Translations under genes and position numbers: made by a program
Part shown: positions 38,998 to 51,455 of the stretch, piece by piece
How the letters are laid out: every line of letters starts with the position of its first letter
How positions within the stretch are numbered: position 1 is the first letter of the stretch
Assembly: GCA_951406725.2 (NCBI GenBank)
Contig: OX597837.1
Location: forward strand, 13,826,001 to 13,890,000
Length of the DNA: 64,000 nt
Direction of reading: 5' to 3'
Source of the DNA: Octopus vulgaris
Taxonomy: Eukaryota
The notes under the pieces: model-generated
Seen by the model: the letters and a program-made list of their open reading frames with translations, nothing else
What the model was told of the DNA's origin: nothing
The model's database searches: none

Positions 38998-39209
38998 TAT
39001 GTATATATATATATATATATATATAACACAGCTGGGCTCAAATGGTTGGACTCTAACCTCTTCATGCAGGGCTAGCGCTTTGGCATCGAAAGTTAGCTAT
39101 AAGAACAGAGCCTATGAAACTCTTGTGCAGGTAGAAAGGCAGATAAACACGAGCAGGTTTAAATCACACACACACACTGCTCTTTTATTGCAAATCGACC
39201 CCAGGACTT

Positions 39210-41475
39210 ACGCGGGCCACCAGACAGGAAGTCCCTAAGTGCCTCACCATGATCCAGCTTCCCGCTCCTCCCGAACAACTTGGCAAAGTGTTTGTAAAGT
39301 ACCTCACACATCTCGTCCCGTCCTTCGACTAAACTCCCACTATCGTCAGTCAGAGACCTGATTGTGGCATCATTGCAGAGCTGGGTTTCTACCATACGGG
39401 CCCATCCGGCAACATTAATTCCCTCATGGCCCAGTGCTCACACTTTAGCCCGGACTCTACATCCCTCATGTTTGGGGTGACAGTCCGAGGCCATTCTCAC
39501 TGCCAAAATGTGGGATGCAGAGCCCAACCTCAATGCCTTTTCTAAGTCCTTAACTAGTTTCCCTTCTATTCTAGCCTTGTTTAGTCTTAGCTGATGGCTA
39601 AACCTAACAGACTCAAAATGAATGGCTCTTTTGAGGGAGAACCACCACCGGTTATTAACCACAGAGCCAGTTAACGCCCTCTGTACTAATTCCCCAATCC
39701 GGCTACGGTATGCCTCGCAAGTCAAAATAGACTTGTTCAGCTTCCAGTATTTGGATCCTCTCTTAACTGTACTATCTATGTTCAGCCTACACTTAACCAT
39801 TCTATGGTCCATGTAGGATACCTGAACAAGCTGTGGACAACTAAAGCTAGCCTTATCTCTAGCTCTTATCTATATCCTATCTAAATAAGACTCGAAACTT
39901 CCGTCGCCATTCATCTAGGTCCACTCTGGGACATTCGGATGGTCAAGTCTGAAAAGATCTGCCAACTGAAATCGCTTAAGCAGATCCACGAGACGTGAGT
40001 TTACTTTCCTATAGATCGAGCCAACGCTATCGATGCATGCATCAACAATAGCGTTATAGTCACCTAACACCACTAATATCTTCGACGTCACGAGAAAGTT
40101 CTCTAGGCGCCGATAAAAATCAGTTTGTAATCCTCTAGCACAAGGTGCATAGATCCCGATCAATCTGAAGGCTCTACCACTCTACCATATCAAGGACGAC
40201 CATCCCACCTTCAGGGTCCACATAGACTGTAGTTGTCTGCTGAGTCAAGTCTTTTCAGACGAGTACTACTACACCCCCTTGACCTCTGGTCTGGCTAGGA
40301 GACATGATTTTCTCATAGCCATTCAGGAGGGGCGAGAAGGTTTGTAGACTGTCCAGCTTGGTCTCTGTAGCAACTATCACATGCATATCGTGTGATCTGA
40401 GGTCGTCGAGGAGGCAAGCTTGCTTCCACTTCGAGTTCAGACCACGCACATTCAAACACCCCAAGTTAAGTGAAGCCATAAACCTGGCGGGAAAAAAAAA
40501 CCAAGGCTCTACTTAGCCTTACTTGAAGATGCTGGGGCTGACCTGTGGGGGAAGTGCATGTAAACATTTGCGAATTGTCATGAATTCCCCTTCAGTCACC
40601 TCTATGGTGTCGTCTGGGGACATTATGTTTGAAACACAAGGTGCTTCAGAAATCAGGTGAGCAGGGGGTCTTATTAATGTGGGGACTTGTGTATGCTGGA
40701 GTCGGATCTTTTCATTATTTTGTTTGGGGGTGGCACCACAACAAGAGTGGCACCACAACAGGAGTGGGATAATTTGTTTTTGTGGGGGCTAGTGTATGTG
40801 GGTTTGGGGATGTTTTGAATAGTTGTGGGGACTGGTGTCTGTAACGGTTTTTTCTCTTTTTTCTTCTTTTTTACTTCACAATCGCTTTAAATGTGGCCTT
40901 TTTTCCACATTTGAAGCAAGTAACTTTTTACCTTTTGCTTGAACTCGGGAGGGTAACTTTTTCACCCATGCATACCCAGTCCAGACGGTTTTGAATGTCT
41001 TCCGGTGCCCCTTGTATGATGGCTGAAATGCTTTGCCCTTTCCAGTTTTGGGAGGCAGAGCATGAAATCTGGAGGAATTATATTTTGTCTGTCCTGTTGT
41101 ACAACAGGGCAGCCATCGCCTCCCGAGGGTTTATTTCTGGCGGCACCTCCGTCACCCTCACACGAGAAGTATGCCTTCCCTTGTAAGGGGGCAGAAGCGC
41201 CACCACCTTCGTCTTCAAGGCGCTAACTGAGTACTCCTGCACCAACTTCTCCCTCTTGAAACAGACTTCAATGGTTGCAAAAACCTCACCCCTTGCTATA
41301 TGAGTAATATCATTCCACACAGGGGCGAGGTATTTCTCGATAACATTTTCTTTGAGATGTTTAAAACGTCTTCCTTCCATACAGAAGGATCTGAAGACTA
41401 CAATTCTTTTCTCTATTTCTTCAGCATCGGACCCGGGTGTTATCTTGATATCCTTGTCTTCGGTAAGTAGGTATG
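39210..41475 (-). mobile_element. L1/Tx1-clade LINE remnant: ORF1 (CCHC knuckle) plus APE endonuclease, frameshifted, RT missing
   Basis: ORF1 fragment at 41078-41470 and TCFKCGKKGHI*SDC near 40880-40925. ORF2 reads MASLNLGCLNVRGLNSKWKQ...VIVATETKL, IGIYAP...VVLGDYNA, DHRMV...YWKLN. Confidence 0.9.
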
Positions 41476-41481
41476 TTTGAA

Positions 41482-41923
41482 CATGAACATGAACATCGAA
41501 ATAAATATCAATGGAAATAGTAGTTGTGATACCTGTGCCGGTGGCACGTAAAAGATCACCATCCGTACGTGGCCGTTGCCAGCTCTGCCTCAACTGGCTC
41601 CAGTGTCGGTGGCACATAAAAAAAGCACCATCCGAATGTGGCCGTTGCCAGCGCTGCCTTGGCTGGCTTCCGTGCCGGTGGCAGGTTAAAAGCTCCAACC
41701 GATCGTGGCCGATACCAGACCCCCTCACACCTGTGCAGGTGGCACGTAAAAAGCACACACTACACTCGTGGAGTGGTTGGCGTTAGGAAGGGCATCCAGC
41801 TGTAGAAACTCTGCCAGATCAGACTGGAGCCTGGTGCAGCCCCTGGCTTCCCAGACCCCGGTCGAACCGTCCAACCCACGCTAGTACGGAAAACAGACGT
41901 TGAACGATGATGATGATGATGAT
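41482..41923 (+). mobile_element. SINE-like family C with four internal tandem units
   Basis: Units of 61-69 bp start with GTGCCGGTGGCACGTAAAA; the tail is gacgttgaacgatgatgatgat. Confidence 0.85.
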
Positions 41924-42578
41924 GTATATGTGTGCGTGTACTTGTGCATGTGTGTGTTTTGCCTGATCAAATTATTCTGTTGCATTTGACCCTCCCTTTG
42001 TCCTACAATCCTTAAGGTCACATCCTTCATTTTCATTGAGATTTTCAAACATGTTGTACGTTACTGAAACGTTTGATTGATGTTTGTGTCTCTCGTTTCC
42101 AAGGCCTAGAATGGTGTAATGTTCTCTGATAATAACCTCTTCATCTCCTCATTGATAGTGACCCAGAATAGAACAGCTATTGGCAAACTGTTAACATCTG
42201 TTGCATATGACTTTCACTCACAGATTGAGAGGTGGCTACATTGTGAAATTTGTCTAGTCATAGGACACTTGTCATTTACATATATATGTGATATATGTGT
42301 GTGTGTGTGTATGTGTATGTGTTCTTATGTGTGTATATATATATATATACATACACACATACATGAGAATGCACACAATATGTATATATATAAATGACAA
42401 ATGTTCTATGACTATACAAATTTCACAATGTAGTCATTACCATCATTTAACGTCTGTCTTCCCTGCTAGCATGGGTAGGGAGAGAGAGAGGGGGGGCATA
42501 GGCATGGATAAGCTCAAGCATGGCTGTGTGGCACAATTGGGGGAGCATTGATTGAAATCATTTACATTATGTGGTTAT

Positions 42579-42699
42579 TAGGGGCCGGTTCAAGGTGCCT
42601 CGTGCTTTTTAGTTTATGTTTTTCAGTTTTACAATTTTTCTTGTAAGGGTGCCAAAGTTCAGCTTACCCGGGGCGCCAACAACCCTAGAGCCAGCCCTG
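42579..42699. mobile_element. hAT-like MITE
   Basis: 8-bp TSD gtggttat (42571-42578 and 42700-42707); ends taggggccggttcaagg / ctagagccagccctg. Confidence 0.72.
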
Positions 42700-43715
42700 G
42701 TGGTTATGCTTCTTTACACTCTTAGTTCAAATCCCATTCAAGTCTATCTCACCGTTCATCTATATGTGCCCCTAAAATAAATATTTGTGGTTCGTGTAAT
42801 TTTCTGTGCACGAGAAAAGCGGGAGTCGGGGTGGAGTTCCTGCCTTGCTAGATTCTAGTTATTAAAACTAGTAAAATATATGGGTGTATGTGTGTGTCTA
42901 TAAGTCTGTGTGTGTATGTTGTGTTGTGTGTATGGGTGTGTTTCTATGGTGTGTATGCGTGTGAACATCTGGTGCTGCATTGTGCTGTGTGCGTGTGTGT
43001 ATGTGTTTAAGATTAACGCTATCAGGCATTAATGCAGAATGCAATTTCCTACAAAATGCAATCATAATATTTATTAAACAAAGATATGACAGGATAGTCA
43101 TATCTTCTATCATATATATATATGTGTGTGTATATATATATATATATGTATGTATATATATATGTACACACACACATACGTATATATCAACACATAATTG
43201 TTTATTTATACATACATAAATGTATATACTTATTCATATACATACATACAAAGAAGAGGGAGTGAGAGAGAGATTTTAAGATAAATTTTTAACTTTCTTT
43301 CATATCTAGAATGGAACAAGTACATGTTACCTGTTTGCATTGAAGTGCATAAAATACCTGAATACATTTATACATACATACCTAGTTATGTGTAACTAAC
43401 AAGAGATCCGGTTGATGACTTTTCTGATAAGTTTCTTTTTTTTCGCTCTCAGTTTATTGCTATACAAACCGTGTACAAACAAACTTCTTTTCTTTTTCAC
43501 AGACAAATTAATTTTAAACCATTATTTGTCCTGAGTATGACGTCAAACTGCATCCAGTTGTAGGGCCCTGGTTCAAGAATTTCAGGGTTTTGAGAAGTGT
43601 GCGACCTCTTCTTAGCCGTTACTGTTCACAGGTCTATTCTGACCCAGAATAGTCGCACCTGTCAGGGTCCCGGTTATGGTTTAATTAGCATATTAGGGCT
43701 TGCTTACTTATACAT

Positions 43716-44065
43716 GTGAAGGCACATGGGTCAGTGGTTAGAGCATCAAACTTACAATCATGAGGTAGTGAGTTTGATTCCTGGACCGGGCTGTGTGTTG
43801 TGTTCTTGAGCAAGAAACTTTATTTCACGTTGCTCCAGTTCACTCATCTACAGAAATGAGGTGTGATGTCACTGGTGTCAAGCTGTATCGGCCCCTTTGC
43901 CTTTCCCTTGGAAAACATCAGTGGCGTGGAGATGAGAGACTGGTATACATGGGCGACTGCGGGTCTTCCGTAAACAACCTTGCCCAGATGTGTGCCTCAG
44001 AGGGGAACTTTCTTGGTACAATCCCCTGGTCATTCATGACTGAAGGGGGTCTTTACCCTTTTACC
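43716..44065 (+). mobile_element. SINE family D, long-tail variant
   Basis: tRNA-like head; homologous to 11660-11995. Confidence 0.8.
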
Positions 44066-44628
44066 TATGCATGTGAAAACTGGATCTGGCAAGCCCAGTG
44101 GAAGAAACCGTCGGGGTTCAACACAGGGGTTGGCACTGCAGCAACGCATTGCGGAGGGCGGAGAGCAAGATGAAGCAAACAAGACACCTTGGTCACTCAC
44201 TACATCCGTTTCCATCCCCAGTCACCTGGATCTGGTTTTGCCACTGGACTGAAGATGGTCACGGACAAAGGAATGAGGTTGATGGTGTGCGACTCTAATT
44301 CACTTTGAATGAAGTCATTGCATTAGTCATCAGTCATCCTAAGGGATGACTAAATGGTCCTCACCCTTCTGATTGATGAACATTATACTCTACCATTGTT
44401 ACACTGTCCGTTCATTATTATATCATCCACCAATGTTTTTCTGACAATCACTCTCTCTCTCTGTCTACCTCTCTCTCTCTCTGTCTACCTCTCTCTCTTT
44501 CTCTCTCACTCTCTCTCTCTCCCTCCCTCTCTCACATCCCTGTTTAGGATTCCTGTCTTCAGGCACCAGCAGTCTTGAACTTTTACGCCCAAAGATTGAA
44601 AATTCATGATTTTCCTTGGGATTCATAG

Positions 44629-45177
44629 ACACAAATATAAATACAATAAAAAAAAATACAATAAAAATGATAACAGAACATAACAACAGGTGTCTTTTGA
44701 CTAAGGATGAATTAAATTAAGTTGGCGCGTATGGAAATGAAGCCTTACGGCCGAGATACAGAAATTTCACAATATTCTTCCCTGTGTTTGTGAAAATATT
44801 GTATCTCGGCCGTAAGACTTCATTTCCATACGCGCCAACTTAATTCAATTCGTCCTTAGTCAAAAGACACCTGTTATTATTTTTATTGTATTTATATTTG
44901 TGTAACATTGTTTTTTCCATCCTTGTTTTCGTATACATTCCATGCTTTCTTCCAAGGAATCTAATGCTCTTAGCTTAGTTTTTTCTTGGAGCAGGCCAGA
45001 TTGGAGCAATCTCAATAATAATCAGCTGAAATTATGAGGATAATCTGGTTCTTGACTGAAGATAGAAAACTTATAATGACCCATCCTTGTTTTCTTTGTA
45101 TCGTCTATCTGGATGTTTTGTTGGCTCTTTTTGTATCACCTAGTTGTCTGAATGTTTTGCGTTCTTCTCCCATTTTG

Positions 45178-45183
<6 letters not shown>
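44629..45183. mobile_element. Fold-back element (hairpin 44629-44903) with a unique tail ending in (TA)n
   Basis: caggtgtcttttgactaagg...ggccgagataca at ~44687-44760 is the reverse complement of 44800-44873 with few mismatches. The outer AT-rich arms also match. Confidence 0.6.
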
Positions 45184-45231
<48 letters not shown>

Positions 45232-45237
<6 letters not shown>

Positions 45238-45505
45238 AAGCCAGTATACTTTGCTGGATGTCCAATGTCAGTGTGCATGTCTGACAGAGTGTAAGCATCT
45301 TGAGAGAAAAGTTAGGCATAAGATGCATCAGATGTGGTGTGCAAGAAAGACGACTGTGCTGGTATGGTCATGTGATGCATATGGATGAGGACAGTTGAGT
45401 AAAGAAATGCCAATCTCTAACTGTGGAGGGAACCAGTGGTAGAGGTAGACTCGAGAAGACATGGAATGAGGTGGTGAAGCATGATCTTTGAACTTTGAGC
45501 CTCAC
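45232..45505 (+). mobile_element. RTE-clade LINE C-terminal fragment
   Basis: NEASILCWMSNVSVHV*QSVSILREKLGIRCIRCGVQERRLCWYGHVMHMDEDS*VKKC...GRGRLEKTW. A related degenerate piece lies at ~28030-28330. Confidence 0.78.
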
Positions 45506-45647
45506 ACTGGTTGCAGTTTAATGACTTGACCAGAGTCCATACCTCATAGAATACAAGTTGTAATTACTGCCAAAGGCAGTCCTACCCCTTATTCAAATAA
45601 ATTTATTTAAAATTTTAAGGTGTTTCCATTATTTTGTCCAACCCCTG
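45506..45647 (+). mobile_element. Tc1-like transposon 3' end
   Basis: ESIPHRIQVVITAKGSPTPY matches the Tc1 C-terminal motif, followed by TIR ggtgtttccattattttgtccaacccctg and TA. Confidence 0.75.
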
Positions 45648-46225
45648 TATGTTCTGACATTCTTACAGCTCCCTCAGTCCACTTCCCCGGATTGTTAACT
45701 TTTATTGACCCCTTTAAAGATGAAAGGCAAAGCTGATCCTGGAATGCAGAGGGTGAGAACCAATACGGCAGGGCTTTGTAGTTAATACTCTAATGACTGT
45801 ATCACTACTGGCAAACCACTTTAACACTCTCTTATGTATGCCATTGTTATATTAACTATACACTATTATTAAACCAGCTGGCTCTGTGCTGTCAAAAATG
45901 ATGGCTAATTGTAGTATTTTATATATAAATATGGATGCTAAATCAAATTACTACACTTGTCAATGTTATCTAGCGGTCGTTTTTTGAGATGTTCACACAA
46001 ACATTCACACAAACACTCACATACTTCCCTTGTACACACACATGCTTACACACTTATACTCACACAGAGTTGAAACGCTGTTTGATTTTTCTTTTCAATG
46101 TTGAATGTTCACCTTCCCACTTCCATTGCACACACATACACACATACAAACATTCACATACTTCCCCTTTACATACACACACACATATACTTACACAGAG
46201 TTGAAACGCTCCCACTTCCAGTTTA

Positions 46226-46303
46226 CCATCACCCCTTCCTTCCTTATTCATCCATCACCCCTTCCTTCCTTATTCATCCATCACCCCTTCCTTCCCTATT
46301 CAT
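46226..46303. repeat. 26-bp tandem repeat x3
   Basis: Unit ccatcaccccttccttccttattcat. Confidence 0.85.
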
Positions 46304-47928
46304 ATGTCGTGACGAAGAAAAACACAAGAGCATAATTATTGTAGAATAACAATATTGTATGTGTGTTTCACAGTCAAAAACTGTTTCCCCATCTGTCTTT
46401 GTTTTATAAACAGAATACTATTTGTTCACTGATTACCATTGCAAGAAGGAGAATTCTTCAACTATTTTGTAACTTAACCATTTTGCATTCTGCCTTGTCA
46501 GTTCCTGTCAAACTGTCCAACCCATGTCAGCATGGAAAACGGACGTTAAATGATGATGATGATGATGAGGAGGAGGAGGAGGAGGAGGAGGATGGCTTTG
46601 TCTCAAGTGTAATACTTATTCATTATTCATATTGTTTTGACATAATTCTGCATTGTTTCATAGTTTTGAGATTTCGATAAAGAGATTCTTTGTTTTACAG
46701 AATGACATTGTAGGGTTGGTGGGAGAGGTCAGATCTGTTCAGTTTGAACATCAAGCAGGTAGAATATTTGGGCCAGATATCATCATCATCGTTTAATGTC
46801 TGTTTTCCATGCTGGCATGGGTTGGACAGTTCGACTGGGGTCTGGGAAGCCAGGAGGCTGTACCAGGCTCCAGTCTGATCTGGCAGTGTTTCTACAGCTG
46901 GATGCCCTTCCTAATGCCAACCACTCTGTGAGTGTAGTGTATGGCTGGTTTAAATGCTTGAGGGATAATATAATTTCTATTGAGCTGACAAATAAATTAA
47001 TTCATTTGTTTTTTTTCCTTCTTTGGCACTCTATTGGTCATATTTCTGAAAAGAGTTGAAGTTTATTCAAATTTAAAAAATGGCAAACAGAAATTGTTGA
47101 AGAAAAACAGAACTAAAAAAATACCCTCAAAACATATTTTTGTGTTAATTCAAATATTCAACATTGGAAATGATTAAGATAAATGGAAAAAGAAAAAAAA
47201 AACAAGTGCATTTATCTGGCAACCCAATATATCTGTCTGTGTATGTATCTGTCTGTCTGTGTGTTTCTCTGTATTGGGCTGTGAGATAAATCCATTAGTT
47301 TTTTGTTGTTGTTTGTTTTACTTGGCACTCCATTATCGGATGTCACAAAAGAGGTAAAACTTAAAACTTATTTAAATTTCAAAAGAAATGAAGAAAAGTT
47401 GTAGAGAAAGAATAGCAATACCAAAAAAAAACCCCAAAAAAACTCAAAAAACCCAAAAAAGAAACAAACAGACCCATCCCCTCAAAAACCCCATAAAACA
47501 CCATGATGAAAGCATTTTTCATATTAATTCAAATAACGTTGGAGATGATTAAAATAAATGCAACACAAAGCAAAATAATAAACGAAACAAATTTATCTGA
47601 TAATCCAATATTTTACATTTAAGTAAACGAATTGCCAGTTATTATCAAAGCAATGAGCTGCGTCCTCTCCCCTATTCTTTCTCTGATGGGGGGTGGTTTT
47701 TATTTGTAAGTAAATCCCTGGCAGAGATATCCAGTGATGCCCTGTTTGTATATCAAAAGCATCATGTGACAAAAAGATGTGATCTGAGGAAGACTTAGCC
47801 ACCGACTACAATTCAATCTGAATCATTAATCTCACCCTAATCTCACCTGGTTGTCTTTATCCATCAGTGTCGGGGGGGGGAGACTAAAATGCCCGTAAGC
47901 TGTGCCTTTTCAAACAATTGAATAAAAA

Positions 47929-48258
47929 ATATATATATATAAATAAATAAATATATATATGTATGTATGTATGTATGTATATGTATATGTATACATATAT
48001 GTACATATATTTGTAAATATATATATATTATGTATATATATATATATATTTTATATATATAAATGTATATATATATATATTTATATATATATGTATATAT
48101 ATATGTATATATATATTTATATATATATATGTATATATATATGTATATATATATTTATATATATATATGTATATATATATTTATATATATATGCATATAT
48201 ATATGTATATATGTATGTACATATATATATGTATATATATATATTATGTATATATATA

Positions 48259-48307
<49 letters not shown>
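47929..48307. repeat. Long degenerate (TA)n microsatellite
   Basis: ~380 bp of TA with interspersed G/T variants. Confidence 0.95.
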
Positions 48308-48309
<2 letters not shown>

Positions 48310-48589
48310 TTAGTAGTATTAATCTTTTAATCCTAACCACTGGGTTTGCTGTGGCCCGAGAAGCCTGGTGGGCCTGGAGACCTTCCCCCCCCACCACCCC
48401 ACCACAGTACTCCTATCTTGCCAACGACCCTCCCCCCTCTGCTGCTATCACTATTGTCACAGACTCCCCTTTATTGCTATAGCAACTCTGACATCGCTTC
48501 AGTTACTATTATACCTCAACAGCCAGGGTGACCTGCACCACAACCACTGGGGGGGGGGGGGACTTCCATAAACGATAATAATGAGGTAC

Positions 48590-49098
48590 TGATATCACCA
48601 CCGTCACTGCTGTTGCCACCATTCCCTCCCTCCCCCGCTATCCATTGTCTCTACCACTTTCCCCCACCTCCCTCCACTGCCACAAGCCCCAACAGCTACC
48701 ACCACTATCACTACTGCTTCTGCTGCTGCTGCTGCTGCCAACGCCGTCCCTGCCACCACCGCCACCATGACTCCCACAACCACAACCAGCCCCATCGCCA
48801 CCACTAACACCACCACCGTCACCATCACCCTCCATCGCCACCACTAGCACTACCACCAATACCAACATCACATCAGCAACAACAACAACAAGGTTACATC
48901 TACTAACACCACAACTATCAGACTGACAATTGTCCTATGACCACCACAACTACCAAAACCATCACCATCACTGCAACAACCACTATCACCACCACCACTA
49001 CTATCACAACCACCACAATCACCACTGGCATAGCCGGCAGCACTGCCACCACCAACACTGTCACAATTACCACTACCCACCACCACCACCACCACCAC
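48590..49098. repeat. Degenerate (CAC/CCA/CAA)n low-complexity tract
   Basis: Trinucleotide-derived; yields poly-T/H/V pseudo-ORFs in several frames. Confidence 0.8.
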
Positions 49099-49803
49099 CA
49101 TGACTGTCTTTTGGGGAAACTTTGGCTTCAGGAAGTGCTGTGGAGCTTTGTCGACATCCAACCACTGAGCTGAGCGTTGCCGGTTGTCGTAAAGAATCCA
49201 CTTTTCATTGCAAGTAACAATCCAGTCAAGAACCAGGTTGTTCTTGTTGCGTAAAAGAAGGGAAGACGACACTTCAAAACGGCATTTTTTTGGTTGTCGT
49301 TCAATTCGTGTGGTACCCATTTCTCAAGTATTTTTGTTTTTCCAATCTCTTTCAAGTGATTGGAAATTGTCGTATACGTTACGTCTAATTCAGAAGCAAG
49401 CTCGCGAACAATCGTGTGTGGATGGCCGATCACTACGCTTACCATCTTCAAGACTCTCGTCACCACTACGAAATTTCTTGAACTACCATTGTGCTGTATG
49501 TTCATTAGTGGTTCCTGGGCCCAATGCATCATTGATATCGGGAGCTGTTTCAGCAGCTTTTCGGCCTAGCTTGAACTGGAACAAGAAAATTGTGCGAATT
49601 TGCTTTTTGTTCAAGTTGTATTCAACATTCTGGAAAAAATGGCCTAATTATTCAAAAAGAAAAAGAGTAACACAATTAGATAGAGCGAAAAACAGGCTTT
49701 AAAATCATATATAAAATCAAAGTAATTTAACAAAAATTAATTTGAAAATACATCATTTAAAACCAAAATTAAAAATTCCGCAAGAACTTTCTTGACAACC
49801 TTA
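49096..49803 (-). mobile_element. Mariner (Hsmar1/cecropia-like) transposon 5' half, pseudogenised
   Basis: TIR aaggttgtcaagaaagttcttgcgg after TA. Translates LNKKQIRTIFLFQFKLGRKAAETAPDINDALGPGTTNEHTAQW*FKKFRSGDESLED...KWVPHELNDNQK/RFEVSSSLLLRN...IVTCNEKWILYDNRQRSAQWLD...QKTVMV. Confidence 0.92.
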
Positions 49804-49814
49804 TATATTCTGTT

Positions 49815-50023
49815 GGACCAGACATGATGTAAGGTTCACAGACAACTAGGAAAGAGCACTTGGGAGGCCTCCATGACGATGGGAAGACAATTTGGCCAAA
49901 CAATTTGTGCCAAGATGGAAAAGAAGGGTGCAATCAAGACAGAATTGGAAGCGCATTGTGACCAGCGGTGTATAACAGCAACTGACGGTCTAGTTGATAC
50001 TGTGATACTGTATTGACTGTGAT
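49815..50023 (+). mobile_element. RTE-type LINE extreme 3' end with a (tactgtga)-type tail
   Basis: GRPP*RWEDNLAKQFVPRWKRRVQSRQNWKRIV, followed by a repeated gatactgt tail. Confidence 0.6.
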
Positions 50024-50576
50024 ATATGTATGTGTGTGTGTGTGTGAATGTATATATATATATATATATTGGCCTGCTCGCTTAGCCAGCGGGGTGGCAT
50101 CATTTGAAGGCTAAAACAATGTGAAGCACATTGTGACCAGCGATGTGTAGCAACATCTGATAGCCTGGTCGGTCATGGTGGTCATATATATATATATATT
50201 AGGTCATCTCATAAATAATGCGATTTTTTTCAATTGCATGAGATAAAACTTAATTTCTGTTAAATAAAATAGAGACAATTCAAATTTTGTTAAGCTACTT
50301 TAGTAAATTTATAATACCACAGCTGTTAAATACTTTCCCTGTGTTCAATTGGGTCTTCTTATCTCCTTAAATTATATAAACTCTCTCACTATGAAAATTA
50401 ATTTCTAATAAATAAAATAGAATCACTTCAATTTTAAGTGGAATCACTTCAATTTCCATCATGCTGCTCATTCTGACCCTGATTTATAAGTTAGATTATT
50501 ACACTACCGCAGTGCAGTTATGCTGCAGCTGTTAAAACTTTCACTGAGCAGGCCTAATTTTTCATGAGAAAAAGAG

Positions 50577-50683
50577 ACGTTTTTGACAAACAGGCGTCAA
50601 AAAAAAAATGTTTTTGACAAACAAGTGTCAAAAAACATGTTTTTGACAAACAGGCATCAAAAAGACGTGTTTTTGACAAACAA
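50577..50683. repeat. ~30-bp palindromic tandem repeat, ~3.5 copies
   Basis: Units gtttttgacaaaca(gg/ag)(c/t)gtcaaaaa, each self-complementary (tttttgac/gtcaaaaa). Confidence 0.8.
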
Positions 50684-50973
50684 AATACAGAGAGTCACAA
50701 GGCTTTCTGTACTTTGAATTCAAATCCTACCAAGGTCAACTTTGCCTTTCATCCTTTTATGGTCAATAAAATAAAGGCAGTGCTCCAGCATGGCCACTGT
50801 CAAGTAACTGAAACAAGTAAAAGATAAAAGGTAGAGTCACCTGCTCTCCCAAGATTACCCTTGAAATACACGTCTATTTAACCCTAGGCAACAAGACTGA
50901 TTCATCTGAAACCGCCTACACATCAGTGAACATGTGTGATGTCTCGAGGCCAGCCCTCCTCAGAGTCCTGTAT

Positions 50974-51455
50974 TTTTAGTTAGTTACCTTCATGAGTCAT
51001 GCTGACTCGTATGGGCCAGCTTCCCAGTTCCTCTAGTGTTTATATATTCCCCACCTGGACGGGATACCTGTCCGTCGCAGGATTACTCATTTTTACCAGC
51101 TGAGTGGACTGGAGCAATGTGAAATAAAGTGTCTTGCTCAAGAACACAACGCGTCACCTGGTCCAGGAATTGAAACCACAATCTTACAATCATGAGTCCA
51201 ACACCCTAACCTATTTCTTTACTACCCACAAGGGGCTAAACACAGGGGGGACAAATAAGGACAGACAGACAAAGGGATTAAGTCGATTACATCAACCCCA
51301 GAGCGTAACTGGTACTTAATTTATCGACCCCGAAAGGATGAAAGGCAAAGTGGACCTTGGTGGAATTTGAACTCAGAACGTAACGGCAGACGAAATACGG
51401 CTACGCATTTCGCTCGGCGTGCTAACGTTTCTAACCATTAAGCCACACACCTCCA
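50974..51455 (-). mobile_element. SINE family D with a nested SINE family B (51210-51430)
   Basis: Outer TSD cagagtcctgtat (50961-50973 and 51456-51468); inner duplication ctaacc. Confidence 0.8.

Noticed and set aside
41078-41758. 226-aa ORF as a gene
   Set aside because: It is a chance fusion of antisense SINE-C sequence with a LINE ORF1 fragment.
41535-41760. CRISPR-like repeat/spacer pattern (also at 7050-7205, 21350-21500 and 54497-54716)
   Set aside because: The 'spacers' are homologous to each other, the arrays lie inside a dispersed eukaryotic retroelement, and no cas genes are present.
47959-48482. YI/IY-rich ORFs
   Set aside because: They are (TA)n microsatellite translations.
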